Origin: Selaginella moellendorffii
Lineage: Eukaryota > Plantae > Lycopodiophyta
DNA length: 58,394 bases
Reading direction: 5' to 3'
Assembly (NCBI RefSeq): GCF_000143415.4
Contig: NW_003314445.1
Location: forward strand, 28,866-87,259
In this document: piece by piece, positions 11,032 to 23,292 of the stretch
How positions within the stretch are numbered: position 1 is the first letter of the stretch
Layout of the letters: each line of letters begins with the position of its first letter
Notes under the pieces: model-generated
What the model was told of the DNA's origin: nothing
Database searches by the model: none
What the model saw: only the letters and a program-made list of their open reading frames with translations
Made by a program: the position numbers and the translations under genes

Positions 11032-14000
11032 ATGCTCCGGGGCCGTGAGAGCTTGATTCGTGTTGGGAAGCGGCAGCGCAATGTGTCACTCCCGGCTCGG
11101 GTGAGTGATCGAGCTTCTATTTCTTGGGTGGATCTGTGATCGTTTTCCTGCAGGAAGTGTTGGAGTGCGGTGATGTTTCGCTGGAAATAAAAGGAGGCCT
11201 GAGCTTAGCTTGTTGTGACTGGGTGGAATGCCCTGTGTGTGGGAAGCAAATACGCGGGAATGAACTTCTCGTCAACTGCCATCTTGGTTTGGATTTTGCT
11301 CTGTTTTGATTCAAGCACGCTGATCGATGGTTTCTCTTGTTCAGATACTTGCCTGCAAAGTGGGAAGAAAAAGAAGAACAGTGTCCAGCATACACTCTTT
11401 CACTTCAACTTGTCGAAAAAGATAGAGTACGAGGAAAGCGGAAACTGCGTACTAGCAATCCAGCAGTCTCCTCCGCTCGAGACTGGGGTCGACTGTAACA
11501 CGGTGGCAGGGTCTCCGAAACCGGAAGTTTCTTCTACTCTTGAATGCTTTGAGGAGCCCGACGTGTCCTTCCGGCAGAGCTCAACAGTGAAACTAGAGAT
11601 ATTTACAATGGCTGCCTGGAGGCAAGGATTGCTGGGCGCAAGTACCACAGAGACGTCGAGTGCCAATCTGGGATGCGAGTTCACCTGGTAAGGGAACCAG
11701 AAAATCCCATGGATACATACGCTGTGAAGGTAAACTTGACTGAATGGACGTGTTTCATGGCTGACAACAACATTGCGCCAGGTGCTTACGGCGGATGGGC
11801 TTTCGCTGGGACATATTCCAAAAGAGCTTTCGCGTTATTTGTCTCCTCTCATGGACAAAGGCGTGGTAGACGTTCAGGTAATAATCTCTGGGGCGTTTTT
11901 CAATTGTTCACAAAGCTTTCAGGGATATGTCTCCGAGAGTACATCGGAAGCTGCACGCCTCAAGCTTGATTTGCGTGAGATCCAGAGTCGGACTATTGGA
12001 AGTCTCTCAGAAGAAAAAGTGCTGGCTGTCAAATGGAGCCGTCTGATGGATGCAGCTGACAAGGGACAAGACCACGGCTGTCGATACCAACAGAATTTTC
12101 TCTACATGCTCCAAGTGGTATTGGAACGGGATCTCCATCTCTTTACTCCAGACGAGATCGAACTTCTCGAGGCATTTCGTTCAATCTCGTCTGATGGACA
12201 GCGCCTTTTTGTAAGATTGGCTCAACGAAAGGGTAAGCTCGACGCCGTCGCACAAACTGTGACTCAAGGGAGACAGTGGTTTTTGCAGGGCCATGGTTCC
12301 GTCTTCAGAACATCTTCTATGAAGATATTGGTGACACAAATTCTGCAGTCCATGAGTTAGTCGGTACTCAATTTCTTTCATCGTGGACTTCATAATATGT
12401 TTGCTCCCTTGTAACAGAGAGACGCTACTTAGTTTTCGACGCGGACGTCAATTCGTCTGAGTTGCTTGAACATCTGACTGTACAAGAGCTCAAAGATTTG
12501 GCAGTGAACAGCAAAATCATGGTAGTTACTTCTAAGACTTTCTTCCTTGTTTTTATTTCTGTTCCTGCTTACAGATCAAAAGTGCTACGCTAAGTTTGAA
12601 AAAGATTCAGCTTATTACAGCAATTCGAGATGCATTGATTTCGCTGCATTTGTAAGTAGCAAGTGATCATTGGTTTTTTATACAAGCGTGAAATACTTGG
12701 CAGCAGTAATCTAACGGCTTTAATTCGTGAAGCAACCGGCCCATGCATTCGAATAGCCGAAACAGTTGAAGTTCTACTTTGGCGTTTACAGGTCAGTTGA
12801 CATCCTCTCCAAAGTGTTACACTGCTGATGCTGAGCAATTTATTTATTTATTTATTTATTTATTCAGAGGCTGTTCTTTCTAAACGGTGAGCAGGAGTTC
12901 CATGTTTTTCTTCTTGTGGATATTGGAAGGATCAACTATCCAAGCTATAGGTGCGCTAGAACAATGCCAGTCTTTGCTTCTCGAGAGGACTTTCTGGCGT
13001 ATGAGCAGGTCCGTTCCTACTTTGTTATAAAATTTGTCTGACCGTCAAGTTTTCAGGCATTGCAATTGGCTCAGGTGGTTGACATGTCCCTGGAAGCTGG
13101 TAATTCTGAGGCTCTAAACTCCTCTTTTCGAAAAGCAAGGACTACACTCGAATTGATCAATGCACACACCGAGATCAAGCATCCATTTTTAGCACGGTTT
13201 TCGGCTGCATGGGTGTATGCAACAATCTGTACTGTGGCTGCATCGTTTCTGGAGAAAGAACGCAGGTACGCTCTTTCACCAATGGCGGACAATACTTTTG
13301 AACGAAAACTGGCTCTTGACCAGATACGCTGAAGCTGTAAACCTCTTCAAGCAGCTCCTTAGCATGCAGTATTGTCCTGGACGGAGAGGATACTGGACTC
13401 TCCGGCTATCTATTGACTTGGAGCACTTACAGCGTTTAGAAGAGAGCCTGCTCGTTGCAGAAAACGGATTAAACGATTTCAACGTCCGAGGAGGGGATCG
13501 TATCGCTTTGCAACGGAGGGTTCTCCGACTAGGAAAACTTCCTAGAAGGTAGACAGTACCTCCATATGCAGCGCTTTTAAAGAAAAAACACAAGGTGGTA
13601 CGTACTGTGTCTTCCAGATATTTGGCCTTCAGCTACAACTCTGTTTCTGAAGGTGACGATTATGGGACGGCCGCTAAACAATGCCAATGGAATGAAGAGC
13701 AGATTTTATGGCTACGATGGGCAACAATGCAGTGTGGAGGACCTGGCACTTCAATACTATGCCGGAGAAGATGGAGGCGGCTGGAAAGGAGTCCATTCAG
13801 AAAGCGGCATATGGCTGACATTGTTCGGGCTGCTCATGTGGGATGTTATCTTTTCAGACGTTCCAGATGTCTTCCAGACACCTTTTCAGGTTCTTGTTTC
13901 ATTTTATCGTGGTTGCTCTACAGTTCTTGTTTGCAGACTGCACCATTGGACTTGTGCACGGATTCATTCTATCCAGTCCGAACCTCGCTTATTGAATCTC

Positions 14001-14361
14001 GTCTTCAAGCCATACGCGATGGTGGAGCTAGGCAACTCGTGGCTGAGACTTGGGCAGAGCACTACGGGACATCATGTAGCGGGGTAAACTGGGAGAAGTA
14101 CTCCTTCAAACAATAACGGTCTGTATCGGAGGTCCAGGATTGTCGGCGATTTGCAAGCTTCTTGCAGAAGACCACAGTAACTGGACGGCTGGAATGCCTG
14201 ATCTTCTGCTGTGGAAGGAGAAAGAGGCAAAGCTGGCGGAAGTCAAGGGTCCAGGGGATCGCTTGTCCGAGCAACAGGTGGCCTGGTTTCTTATTCTCTC
14301 GGACGCTAATGTTCCAGTGGAACTTTGCAAGGTCTCCAAGACGATGAATGATCGATCCTAG
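11032..14361 (+). pseudogene. FAN1: Fanconi-associated nuclease 1 homolog (UBZ, HIRAN, SAP/TPR, VRR-NUC), copy 1
   Basis: Plant FAN1-type start MLRGRESLIR, UBZ CPVC...H, HIRAN LVREPENPMDTYAVKV, VRR-NUC GMPDLLLW...AEVKGPGDRLSEQQ. Lesions: 10-bp deletions at ~11566 and ~14103, TAG at 13550-13552. Confidence 0.9.
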
Positions 14362-14769
14362 ATCGGCTACACCGAGTAGTGCCGGGCCCGAGACGGCTGC
14401 GCAGGCCTCAAGTCATAAGAACCAGTAAGCACCCATTGTGGACTGTGAAGAATCCATTGTGCCCTACACACAGCCACTCCAATACCAATAAAATGAACGA
14501 GGAGTAAACCTTAGGCCAACCTCCCAACCTTTAATGCATTACAGCTTTAAAGCCATGAAATATTCTTGGAATTTTATTGTGGTTTGTGTCATATGTTCCG
14601 GCAGATTGTAAATGTAATTGCCCTCGGGGATTGGATCAGCCTCTGCTGAATAGAAATGTCGAGTAGGTACGGACAGTAAACATAAACCTGTTGGTAACCA
14701 ATTTGCTATATGCTCTAAAAATATAATACTTATATAGTGAAAATTATATTATCAATCTTACATTACCAT

Positions 14770-15690
14770 CAGATTTGAGCTTGCTGTTGCCCACAGATGT
14801 CCAAATACTCTCATCTGTTCATTTGAGGCTCCAATCACCTGGGAGAGCAGAGCAAGGACAATGAATACACAGGCAAACCTTGAGCTCCCTAGCACTAAAT
14901 TTTGATCCCAAGAGTGAAGAGACAGCACTTTCATTGCTGGAGCCATACTCATACAATGCCGAAGCAATCTGACAGGTCAAAAATAACGAACACAACTTAG
15001 AGCACACAAACACAAACTAAATCAGCATTGATTGCTGAGACTATCGTTTGGTGAATCTCCTCTGTAGAACCGATCATTTATGCTCTGATGAGAATCAGAG
15101 TGAGGTCACTTTGACAACATTTCTCAGCGTTGATTCAAATATGAGAGTAATTGTTTGGCCTCTGCAATAAAGAGCTTCGAACCAGTGACGAAAGGACCAG
15201 AAAATCATGTGGACTAAACACAAAAAGTAAGGAAAATATAAGTTCAAAAATCGCCGCCAGCCCACGTACCTTGTCCACAAAGAGCTTCGTGATGTGATCT
15301 CCAAATCTGTTTGATTGAAGACACAGCAAAAATTCCAACGCGTTTAAGCTCACCTGCACATTACAATAGAGGTCTTAGCATCTAGATCTTCTTTTGTATT
15401 TGCAAGAGCAACCATTTACTAGTATATTTTCTTCAATCCCTGTACATATTGATTACTTAGTGTTGGATTTTTCTGTTAAGAGAGCTTACCGCAAATGTAT
15501 CCCTTTCAGCTCTTTCGCGGTCTCCCCATATACGGGTGTCAAATATGCGTAGCACGTTCTCAGCTGGACCACCCTCTAGATGACAAAGCTCTAAATGCCA
15601 CCAGTTATGACTATGCCTGCAAGAGAAAAAACAGAAACCAGAAGTGAGTTCGTATCACATCTATTTGAAAGATCTTCTCAATCGTTAGAT
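14770..15690 (-). pseudogene. Tetratricopeptide repeat protein 38 (TTC38)-like gene fragment
   Basis: Exons encoding HNWWHLELCHLEGG...VLRIFD, VSLNALEFLL, ALYEYG...LLGSKF and VIGASNEQ match plant TTC38-type motifs; inverted relative to 41490-42310. Confidence 0.7.
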
Positions 15691-15884
15691 TCCAATGGAA
15701 ACATTCAGCCCTTCATCTTCCAATCTAAATCAGATTCCTTGGAACGCAATCCTTCCTTTAAGGTGAGCAATGTTCCACGAGGCATAGCGCTACAAGTGAG
15801 GCATTCTATCTCAAGCATTGCCTTGTGGACGTTCTCACCAAGTCTGGAGGGCTGGAGGAGGCCGAGGAGCTCATGCATAGCATG

Positions 15885-16590
15885 CCTGGCATCCGAGAGA
15901 ATAAGAAACCAGGCCACCTGTTGCTCGGACAAGCAATCTCCCGGACCCTTGGCTTCGACAAGTTTTACCCTCCTTGGTCTTCTGCAAGAAGCATATGAAT
16001 CACTGACAATCCCGTAATTGTGTGGAGGTCTTCATTCTCCCAGTTAACCCTCCCCACGACGAGTTTCCTAGCTCCACCATCGCATATGGCTTGAAAAGGA
16101 GATTCAATAAGCGAGCTTCGGACTGGATAAAAAGAAATCCATGCACAAGTCCAATGGTGCAGTCTCTGCGAAATAACACAAAACAAGGTTTTTTCAACAC
16201 AAAGAGCCTCTTGCAACGTGCAAACAACAAGAGCAGATGAAGTCCACAAGAAAATGAAACAAGAACCTGAAGTGTGTCTGGAAGACATCTGGAACCAGTT
16301 TTTCTTCCCACTTGGCAGGCAAGTATCTGGACAAGACAACCATCGATCAACCTGCTTGAATCAAAACAGAGCAAACTATGGCAACTGACAAGAAGTTCAT
16401 TCCCACGTTTGCTTCCCACACACAGGGCAGTCACAACAAGCTAAGCTGTTTGACATCACAGCACTGCAAGAAAAAGATTACAAGCTCGATCACTCACCTG
16501 AGCTGGCGGAGCATCCTGGAGTGACACACTGCGTTGCCGCTTCCCTACAACCCGAATCAAGCTCTTGCGGCCCTGGAGCATTGTAATGCC
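15885..16590 (-). pseudogene. FAN1: Internally deleted FAN1 remnant
   Basis: MLQGRKSLIRVVGKRQR start, partial UBZ region and SEQQVAWFLILSDA VRR-NUC end on the minus strand. Confidence 0.8.
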
Positions 16591-17350
16591 ACCTGAGCGG
16601 ACCGGCCGCTTCCTCCTCGCCCTCCCAATAGACCTCAACCATACTCACACAGAAAAAAACCATTTTATAGAACTTTTCATCTGCAAACATGACATTCTTG
16701 TAAATAATGAGTTTGGACCATATTTGAGCTCATGAGCTGAAGAGTTGAGCTCATAAGTTGAACTCAATTTTCAATTGTAATTTAGTACAAACATTATAAA
16801 TTTTAAAATTTTAAAGTTATGGCAAACCTAATAATTTTATAACTCTTTATAAATTATATAGATAAAAATGTTCTAAAGGACATTTCTTGTTTTAATAATT
16901 TAAATATTTACTATATGCAATGATAGGGACATTTGTTAGAATATAAAATAAAATGTTTGCAAAAAAAGTATTCTTGTCACTTCTTTAAATTTGTACTCTA
17001 TGCTTTTTGGCTAGTAAATGTCAGGTTTGTCAGAATTTTAAAATTATTAAATTTGAATTAAGATTCTATATAAGGCTATATAACCATTTGAAAGGAAAAA
17101 ATAAACAACTATGATACTATATATGCTCTCACAACACATTGCAACATCACGCATCCGAAAAACTACCATGAAATATTGTTTGAGATGGTAAAGACAAAAA
17201 TGGAAACTCACGAATACTATGGGCAGTATTGCGAAAAAAACACTTGCAAGTATATAAAATGAAAAGTGAAATAATAAAATATTTTACTAATTATATAAGG
17301 TATAATAAGTTTATATTATTGATAGAGAATAAACATCGATAGTGCTGGAA

Positions 17351-20300
17351 AATCTAATGAGCTCTAAAAATTTTCTACAACTCAGCAATAGTAAGGCTTG
17401 CTTGGTGTATATAAATATCCACTTTAGGATCTTGGTGCAAGATGTTAATAAAGATGTAGTACATATGCTTGCAAGGAGCATATGCCTTCTTATATTCCTC
17501 ACGCTTCGTAAAGTCTGGACATATGCAAGAAGGAAAGTCTTGAATGGCAATTGTGTACTTTCCACTTTCTGTTTTAACTATGTACTCCTTTGCAAGCGCA
17601 ATGATGTATTTTATAGAGAGAATTTCACACTCAAGTGTTTGAGCCAAGTTTATTTTACCTTGCTTTTACTTGGAGACGGTTCCAATAAATTTAACTACTT
17701 TACCTTTTCTTACTAGCCCCTGTGCATCTCTATAGGAATAGTCCTAGTTTTATCACTCATGTCTCCAACTCTCCTTTTAAGATTGAAACCAGATTTCTTA
17801 AGGTTTTTAATCTCATCCGAGGTGAGCTCAACCCCATTAACAACCGGCCATTCTTTAGGTATTGCATCAAGTTTAGTCACTATAGTGTCTTCAAGTCGCT
17901 TTATATGGTTGACATTAGTGTTGCAGCAATATAGCCAACACCATCTTGAAAATCCTATTTGCTTTCATTCCCCATGGAAATATGGGGCTAGAACAGAAGT
18001 AGACTTGTCACCACGGATCCAAGCCCAACACTTGCCCCTCAGAAGCATCCCTATACACCTTACATTTGATTTTGCTGGCACTCGACGGATTGCCCATTGA
18101 TTCGGCTCCACACTACAATAAGCAATTTCAACCTGCTATGATGCACTTTCTTCATCAGCCACTTGAGGTGGCTCAGTTTGGGGGTGATGTCTTGGAGTAG
18201 AATGATACTCAACATTAGGCCTGTGAGAGCTTTTTGCTCTAAGATCGGTGCCAACATTTGCACTAGCAAAGGAAAAGCGACGCTTTGAGTAGACGGTCTT
18301 CATGTCACTAATAGAAGCCCAAGGAGTGTACTCTATAGATGTGCCATGGACCATTTCCTCCACTACAATTGCCACTATTCGTGTTGGTGGAGTCACTTTC
18401 TTCTTCATCCAATTGTATAACATCTCAACTGAAGGTCTTGTTCCCATGTATCTTCCTTCCTCAAATGCCAAGGCTTTTGAAGACTACTCTATAATGCGTA
18501 TCAAATCTTATAGACATGCTTCATATAAACTCATTTTCCTTTTCCTTACCTCAGAAGAACATTAGCTCCAATACTTACTCTCTAAGAGATTCACAGTTGG
18601 GGTGTATACAAGATCCTCAAGTGGTTGATCTTTATAAAAAGATAATATTAAAAAGCAATAAAAAGAGAGGAAAAAAAGAACAACTAACCTGAAAAGAGTG
18701 ATGTCCCCATTGGAACATTTTAACTTCCCACCACCCCAACCATGACTCAAATTGTGGTAAACAATTTACGTCAGTATGGCCATCTTCATGCCACCATATT
18801 CAGATCTTTTTTGTTTTTGCCTCATGCTTTTCTTCAAAAGGTGCAGCCTACCATTGTTTGCACAATTCCTTAAATGTTAATTGGAAATTTGGTTTGATAA
18901 GGTGGCACTATTGGTTTAGGCTCTGAGCCCAATGGAACTCACAAGTCTTTTCACGACCTTCTAAGGGTTGACCATTCCCAAAGATTACCCGGATACCATT
19001 CCAATTAGCCCCAGCCCCATTTGCCATGAAACTATAAAAGTTGGCAGGCTTACTAGTCCGTTTCAATACAATGTCGGAGAGGGACTTCCAAAATATTTCC
19101 TGAGCCATTTGGTCTTGTACTTTAAACTCTGCTGTTGCAATTGTCAAGTTACAATGTAGCTTGTGAAAAAGGGTAATGCTTAAAACCATTTTAAGATAAT
19201 GAGAAAAAAAAACTACCTCAGATCATACACATGAGCTCCCATGGTTGTCCAACCTGCCACCCGCTCCATATGGTCAAAATGTACCCATGCATTAGCAAGG
19301 TCACTCAACCCAGACATATCCATTCGGGAAACAAGATCTATACCAGAGGCGGGGCCCATGATAGACATTTTAAAAATGAAGAGACGCTCTTACTCACTAA
19401 TGACTTGATCTGGAAATAAACTCTCATGGATAAACTTATAGGGACAAGTCCGTTTTAATTCAAGGATTGAGTCGATTTTTTATTGGAGTTCCCCTCTCGA
19501 GATTCACACATCCAAGACTTTATCCTAAATAAAACAAAATGTAAGAGAGATATTATTAAAAAGTATGTAATAATATTTTCATACCTTCTGAGGCTAGTTG
19601 TAGGTTCCATATGTCATAGTAACTCCCGCAAGCTAGTCTCATCCAGTTGAGTATTCTTGCAGTCCGAATTAAGTAAAGTGTTTGCGATAAAATCCTTGAG
19701 CACTGTCTTTTGAACATGCTTTGGAGTTGTAGATGAGTTTTTCACAGTCTCTATCTGCACTGCATTTTTGAAACAGTTGATTAAACTCCTTTGTATCCCT
19801 TCCTGCATTGGATGTGTGTGTGCCAATATGTACTGCAACTCTACCAACCTCTCCATTCTGTGGAAGAAAATAGTACATCTTGGCCCCATAGATGGCATGA
19901 CACAATGGAGCATTCTTGCAAAACCAACACTTGAATTCAACACCAATAGTGTCATAAATGGAAGGATTGGTTGTAGATCCTTAAAAAAATGTGGATTTTT
20001 TACCGCGCTCTCGATTGCATGCTTTATTCACACAATCAAAATACCCACCACAATGAACCATGGACATTATGCCTTCGAAATGCTGGAAATGTGTGGTCTT
20101 GATCTTGCATCAGTTGTGGATGTTTTACTTAGTCTCCATCCCCTTCTGTTTTGAGTTGACAAGAGGTGGTAGTTTAAAGAAGATATTGCCATTGTATGTA
20201 GATGGAGCTCGCTAACGGGCCTATGCAAAAAGGAACGCATATCGATAGAGAAGTGGGAAAACTAGAAAACATTGCAAACAACTTTGAATATTGGTAAAAT

Positions 20301-20471
20301 TGGAATTTGGAAATTCTTGGTTCGCATTGGACTAACATCTCCACTAGAACTAAAAGAGGAAGAAATGATGATGACCGACTCTTGCTTCACATTCACTTTG
20401 GCAAGATTGCAGCTTTGCACTTTGATTGGAGATCCAAAAACTCGAATTTTCTTCGACTTGGAATGTTGCAA
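17351..20471 (-). pseudogene. MULE/Mutator-like transposase (GCM/WRKY-like Zn DNA-binding domain, DDE core, SWIM finger), with stops/frameshifts
   Basis: CGGYFDCVNKAC...CWFC...HIGTHxHP (~19810-20055); VHFDHMERVAGWTTMGAHVYD (first D); FMANGA (second D mutated to N); CEFH (CxxH); NLLES (E); SWIM PSCICPDF...PCKHMYY (~17455-17540); introns present. Start approximate. Confidence 0.85.
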
Positions 20472-21956
20472 ATCTCAATGTTATCCACTTTCACCTACAC
20501 TTGAAAGAAGAAACTCCAATTGTTCAACTACACCAATGTTGTTGAGAATCACAGCCTCCAATGAAATAGAACTAAGAGAAAGATCGAAACATCGGCAAAG
20601 AAAACTTTCTGAAATAAGACTTTGGGAGAAAGAAAGTGATGGGTGATCTTGGTAATGCAAAAGGAAACTCCCCATTTTGTTGCCTTTAGATTTCGGAACT
20701 CTAAACTTTTATAAAGAAATGTCACCTCAAACATGTGCTATGCCATTATGTGAAAAGAAAGGGTGATTTTATTTTAGAATCTAACATCGAATAATGTTGT
20801 TATAATAAATTTTGTATGAAGTATAAAGGACTATGGTGTACAATATTAAAAGTCTGTATACATTAAATTCAAAAACATGCTCAAAGTTATTATATGGACT
20901 AACTTTTGGTAGAACGGAAAGAAATATCACCTCAAGCATGTGCCAAAATATGAAAGATAGGAATGATTTTATTCTAGGATCTACCATTAACCAATTGTTG
21001 CCAAACAAATTAAATATTGTACATATTTTCAGTACTTCATTAAAGCCAGAAATCAACACATTTTTCTGAACTCATTTAAATATATTCCATCTTTTTACTA
21101 CCATCTATCACCTATAGTAACTTATCTATATACACTGCTTTGGAAATAACATCTTACAATTTAATAATCTTATATTTTCTGACAAGATTCTATGACTTGC
21201 AAAAAACGCATAATTCTCATTTATAATTTCATATTGTGATTAATTCAACACATGCATCTGTGACATTATTTCCACATTATGGCATAGTTATATTAGAGCA
21301 CACCTTTATTATTAAATTAAAACTCAAAAGGACTTTGTCACGTGATCAAATCTAGGACGAAATAGAAATTGTACATTGCTAGCAAATATTTGCAGAATGT
21401 AATGAAGATTTACTGCATCCACGATGAACGGCTGTGATGAAGCTAGGTTAGGGTTAGGGCGGCTGCCAGCATTAGGGTTAGTAGAGCTGGAGATTGGGAG
21501 TGATTGTGGGATCCATCGGCATCAAATAGAATGCCGCCAAGAGTAAGTTTTTTACTCCTCTAGTCACTCCCATGCCATGCCCAGCGCTGCCGCACCCACG
21601 CCATGCCACACCACGCCCAGCACTGCTGCTATAGTGCCCATCGCTGCCACCGCTGTGCCCAGTGCTGCCATTGCCAAGTGCCCACACCAAGTCCCCATTT
21701 CAAGTGCCCAGGTTGGGCACTTCACACGGGCCGGCCACTGCACTTGGGGGTGGGCCGGTTCACCAGCAAACCAGCCCGCCCCCAAGCACCAAATCCAAGT
21801 GCCTAGGCAGGGCACTTGGTGCAGGCCGGCCATGGCACTTTGGCGTGGGCTGGTATGCTGGCGAACCAGCGCCCACTCCAAGTCCCCGTGCCAAGTGCCA
21901 GGCATTTGGCACAGGCCGGCCAAGGCACTTGGGGGCGGGCCAAGGCACTTGGAGGC

Positions 21957-23124
21957 TGTCGCGAATGTGACTTCGGGTATCGAAAGTTACCTGTCAACTA
22001 GTCCTTACGGACACTCTTACCTTATTGCCACGATGGCAGGAGGTCGGTATTGCTGGACTAGTTATCAGTCTCCGCCTAAGCTAGTTGAGAAACTGGTCTT
22101 CGCGTGTGCACTTGACCAGATGAGCATAATGAAGGAATTCCTAAGTGTCTATTTAGTTAAGCATACTTGACCTGGTTAAAGAAACTCATTCGTTGACTTG
22201 CACTTGCTAGTGTTGGGAACCCCGCGATATTGAGCTTGGTCCCTCAATATCGCTAGATGATAGCTTACCGTGTCTGCCAAACACCCTCGTTATCATGCCC
22301 TTTGTGTTAGTCTCATTTCGGTCTCAAATGCTATTTATGGAAAGTGTCTAGATTTGCTCATTTGGCATATCTACGAAATGTAGAGATTGGCCAGAACACA
22401 ATGGTGTTTGTCCCGTGTCCAAATTCGCATTCTAACACCATTCCATATTTAGTAAGTTTCAAGCTTGTCCCAGACACTAACTCCTGATACTAAGGGAGGC
22501 TTGGGGTGAAAGCCCAAAGCGTGTGTTCCTCAAGGGGGGGGGGGGGGGGGGGGGCGCGCTGTGGGGGGTTCCAAATGTATAATAGGGATAATGGGTAGGT
22601 CGGGCATGGCCGACCAACCTGAGGCATAGTCTAGCTCCCGCTTGCGTGCCTATCCTTGTTTTATGTCCAGCTTGGGTCTAAGCCCAAGCTCCACACCATG
22701 CTAACTGGTGGAGTACCCATATCCTCGCGTTAGGCCACCGGTATGCTGAAATAGTGTTAGACTCCGTTTGGCTCCGTTTGGCTCCGTTTTGCGTGCTCAT
22801 CCTAGCATTGGGATGCTCGTTACTCTAGGACTGTTCCAAGTCACTCCGGGCTTCTGTCCCTTCGCTCCTTGGGCTGTATGCTCGGGAGTTGCTCCATGGT
22901 TCGGTTCTGTCACTCCTTGGCTCCATGCTTGGGAGTTTGGCACTGTTCCTTCGTTCAGTGGCCCAAGGCTCTGAACCTTGAGTTCCTCACCACGTTCCTT
23001 TGGACACGTGGTATGTGACACGTGGCATCTATCACATGGCACAAAGAGGGTTTAGGTTCCGCTTCATGGTGTTATCCTATGGTAAATCACCATAGGATAA
23101 AGGGTCAAAACCACGTGTGCTATA
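21957..23124. mobile_element. Probable solo LTR nested in the MULE
   Basis: Starts TGTCGC, ends GCTATA (degenerate TG..CA); 5-bp flanks GAGGC/GGGGC; 3' half is homologous to 33590-34170, 44130-44610 and 53280-53730. Confidence 0.6.
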
Positions 23125-23292
23125 GGGGCTGGCCGGTAAGCTGTCAAACTGGCGCCCGCGCCAAGTGCTCGGGCTGGGCACTTGGCACTGGTCGGCCATA
23201 GCACTTTATCACGGGCCGGTACGTCAGCGAACCGGCACCCGCACCAAGTCCGTGTGCCAAGTGCCTGGGTCAGGCACTTGGCGTGGGCTGGT

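Noticed and set aside
16712-16721. TTTGGACCAT repeated at 16712 and 31173 as a 10-bp TSD
   Set aside because: The motif is also at the end of copy 1 and is quasi-palindromic (TGGACCA/TGGTCCA), so it belongs to the TIRs. The empty-site paralog places the TSD outside it.
21443-21482. Interstitial telomere (TTAGGG repeats)
   Set aside because: Only 2-3 units; at most a telo-box-like promoter motif.
22533-22554. Poly-G tract as a functional G-quadruplex
   Set aside because: Homopolymer within an LTR, prone to slippage or sequencing error; no supporting evidence.
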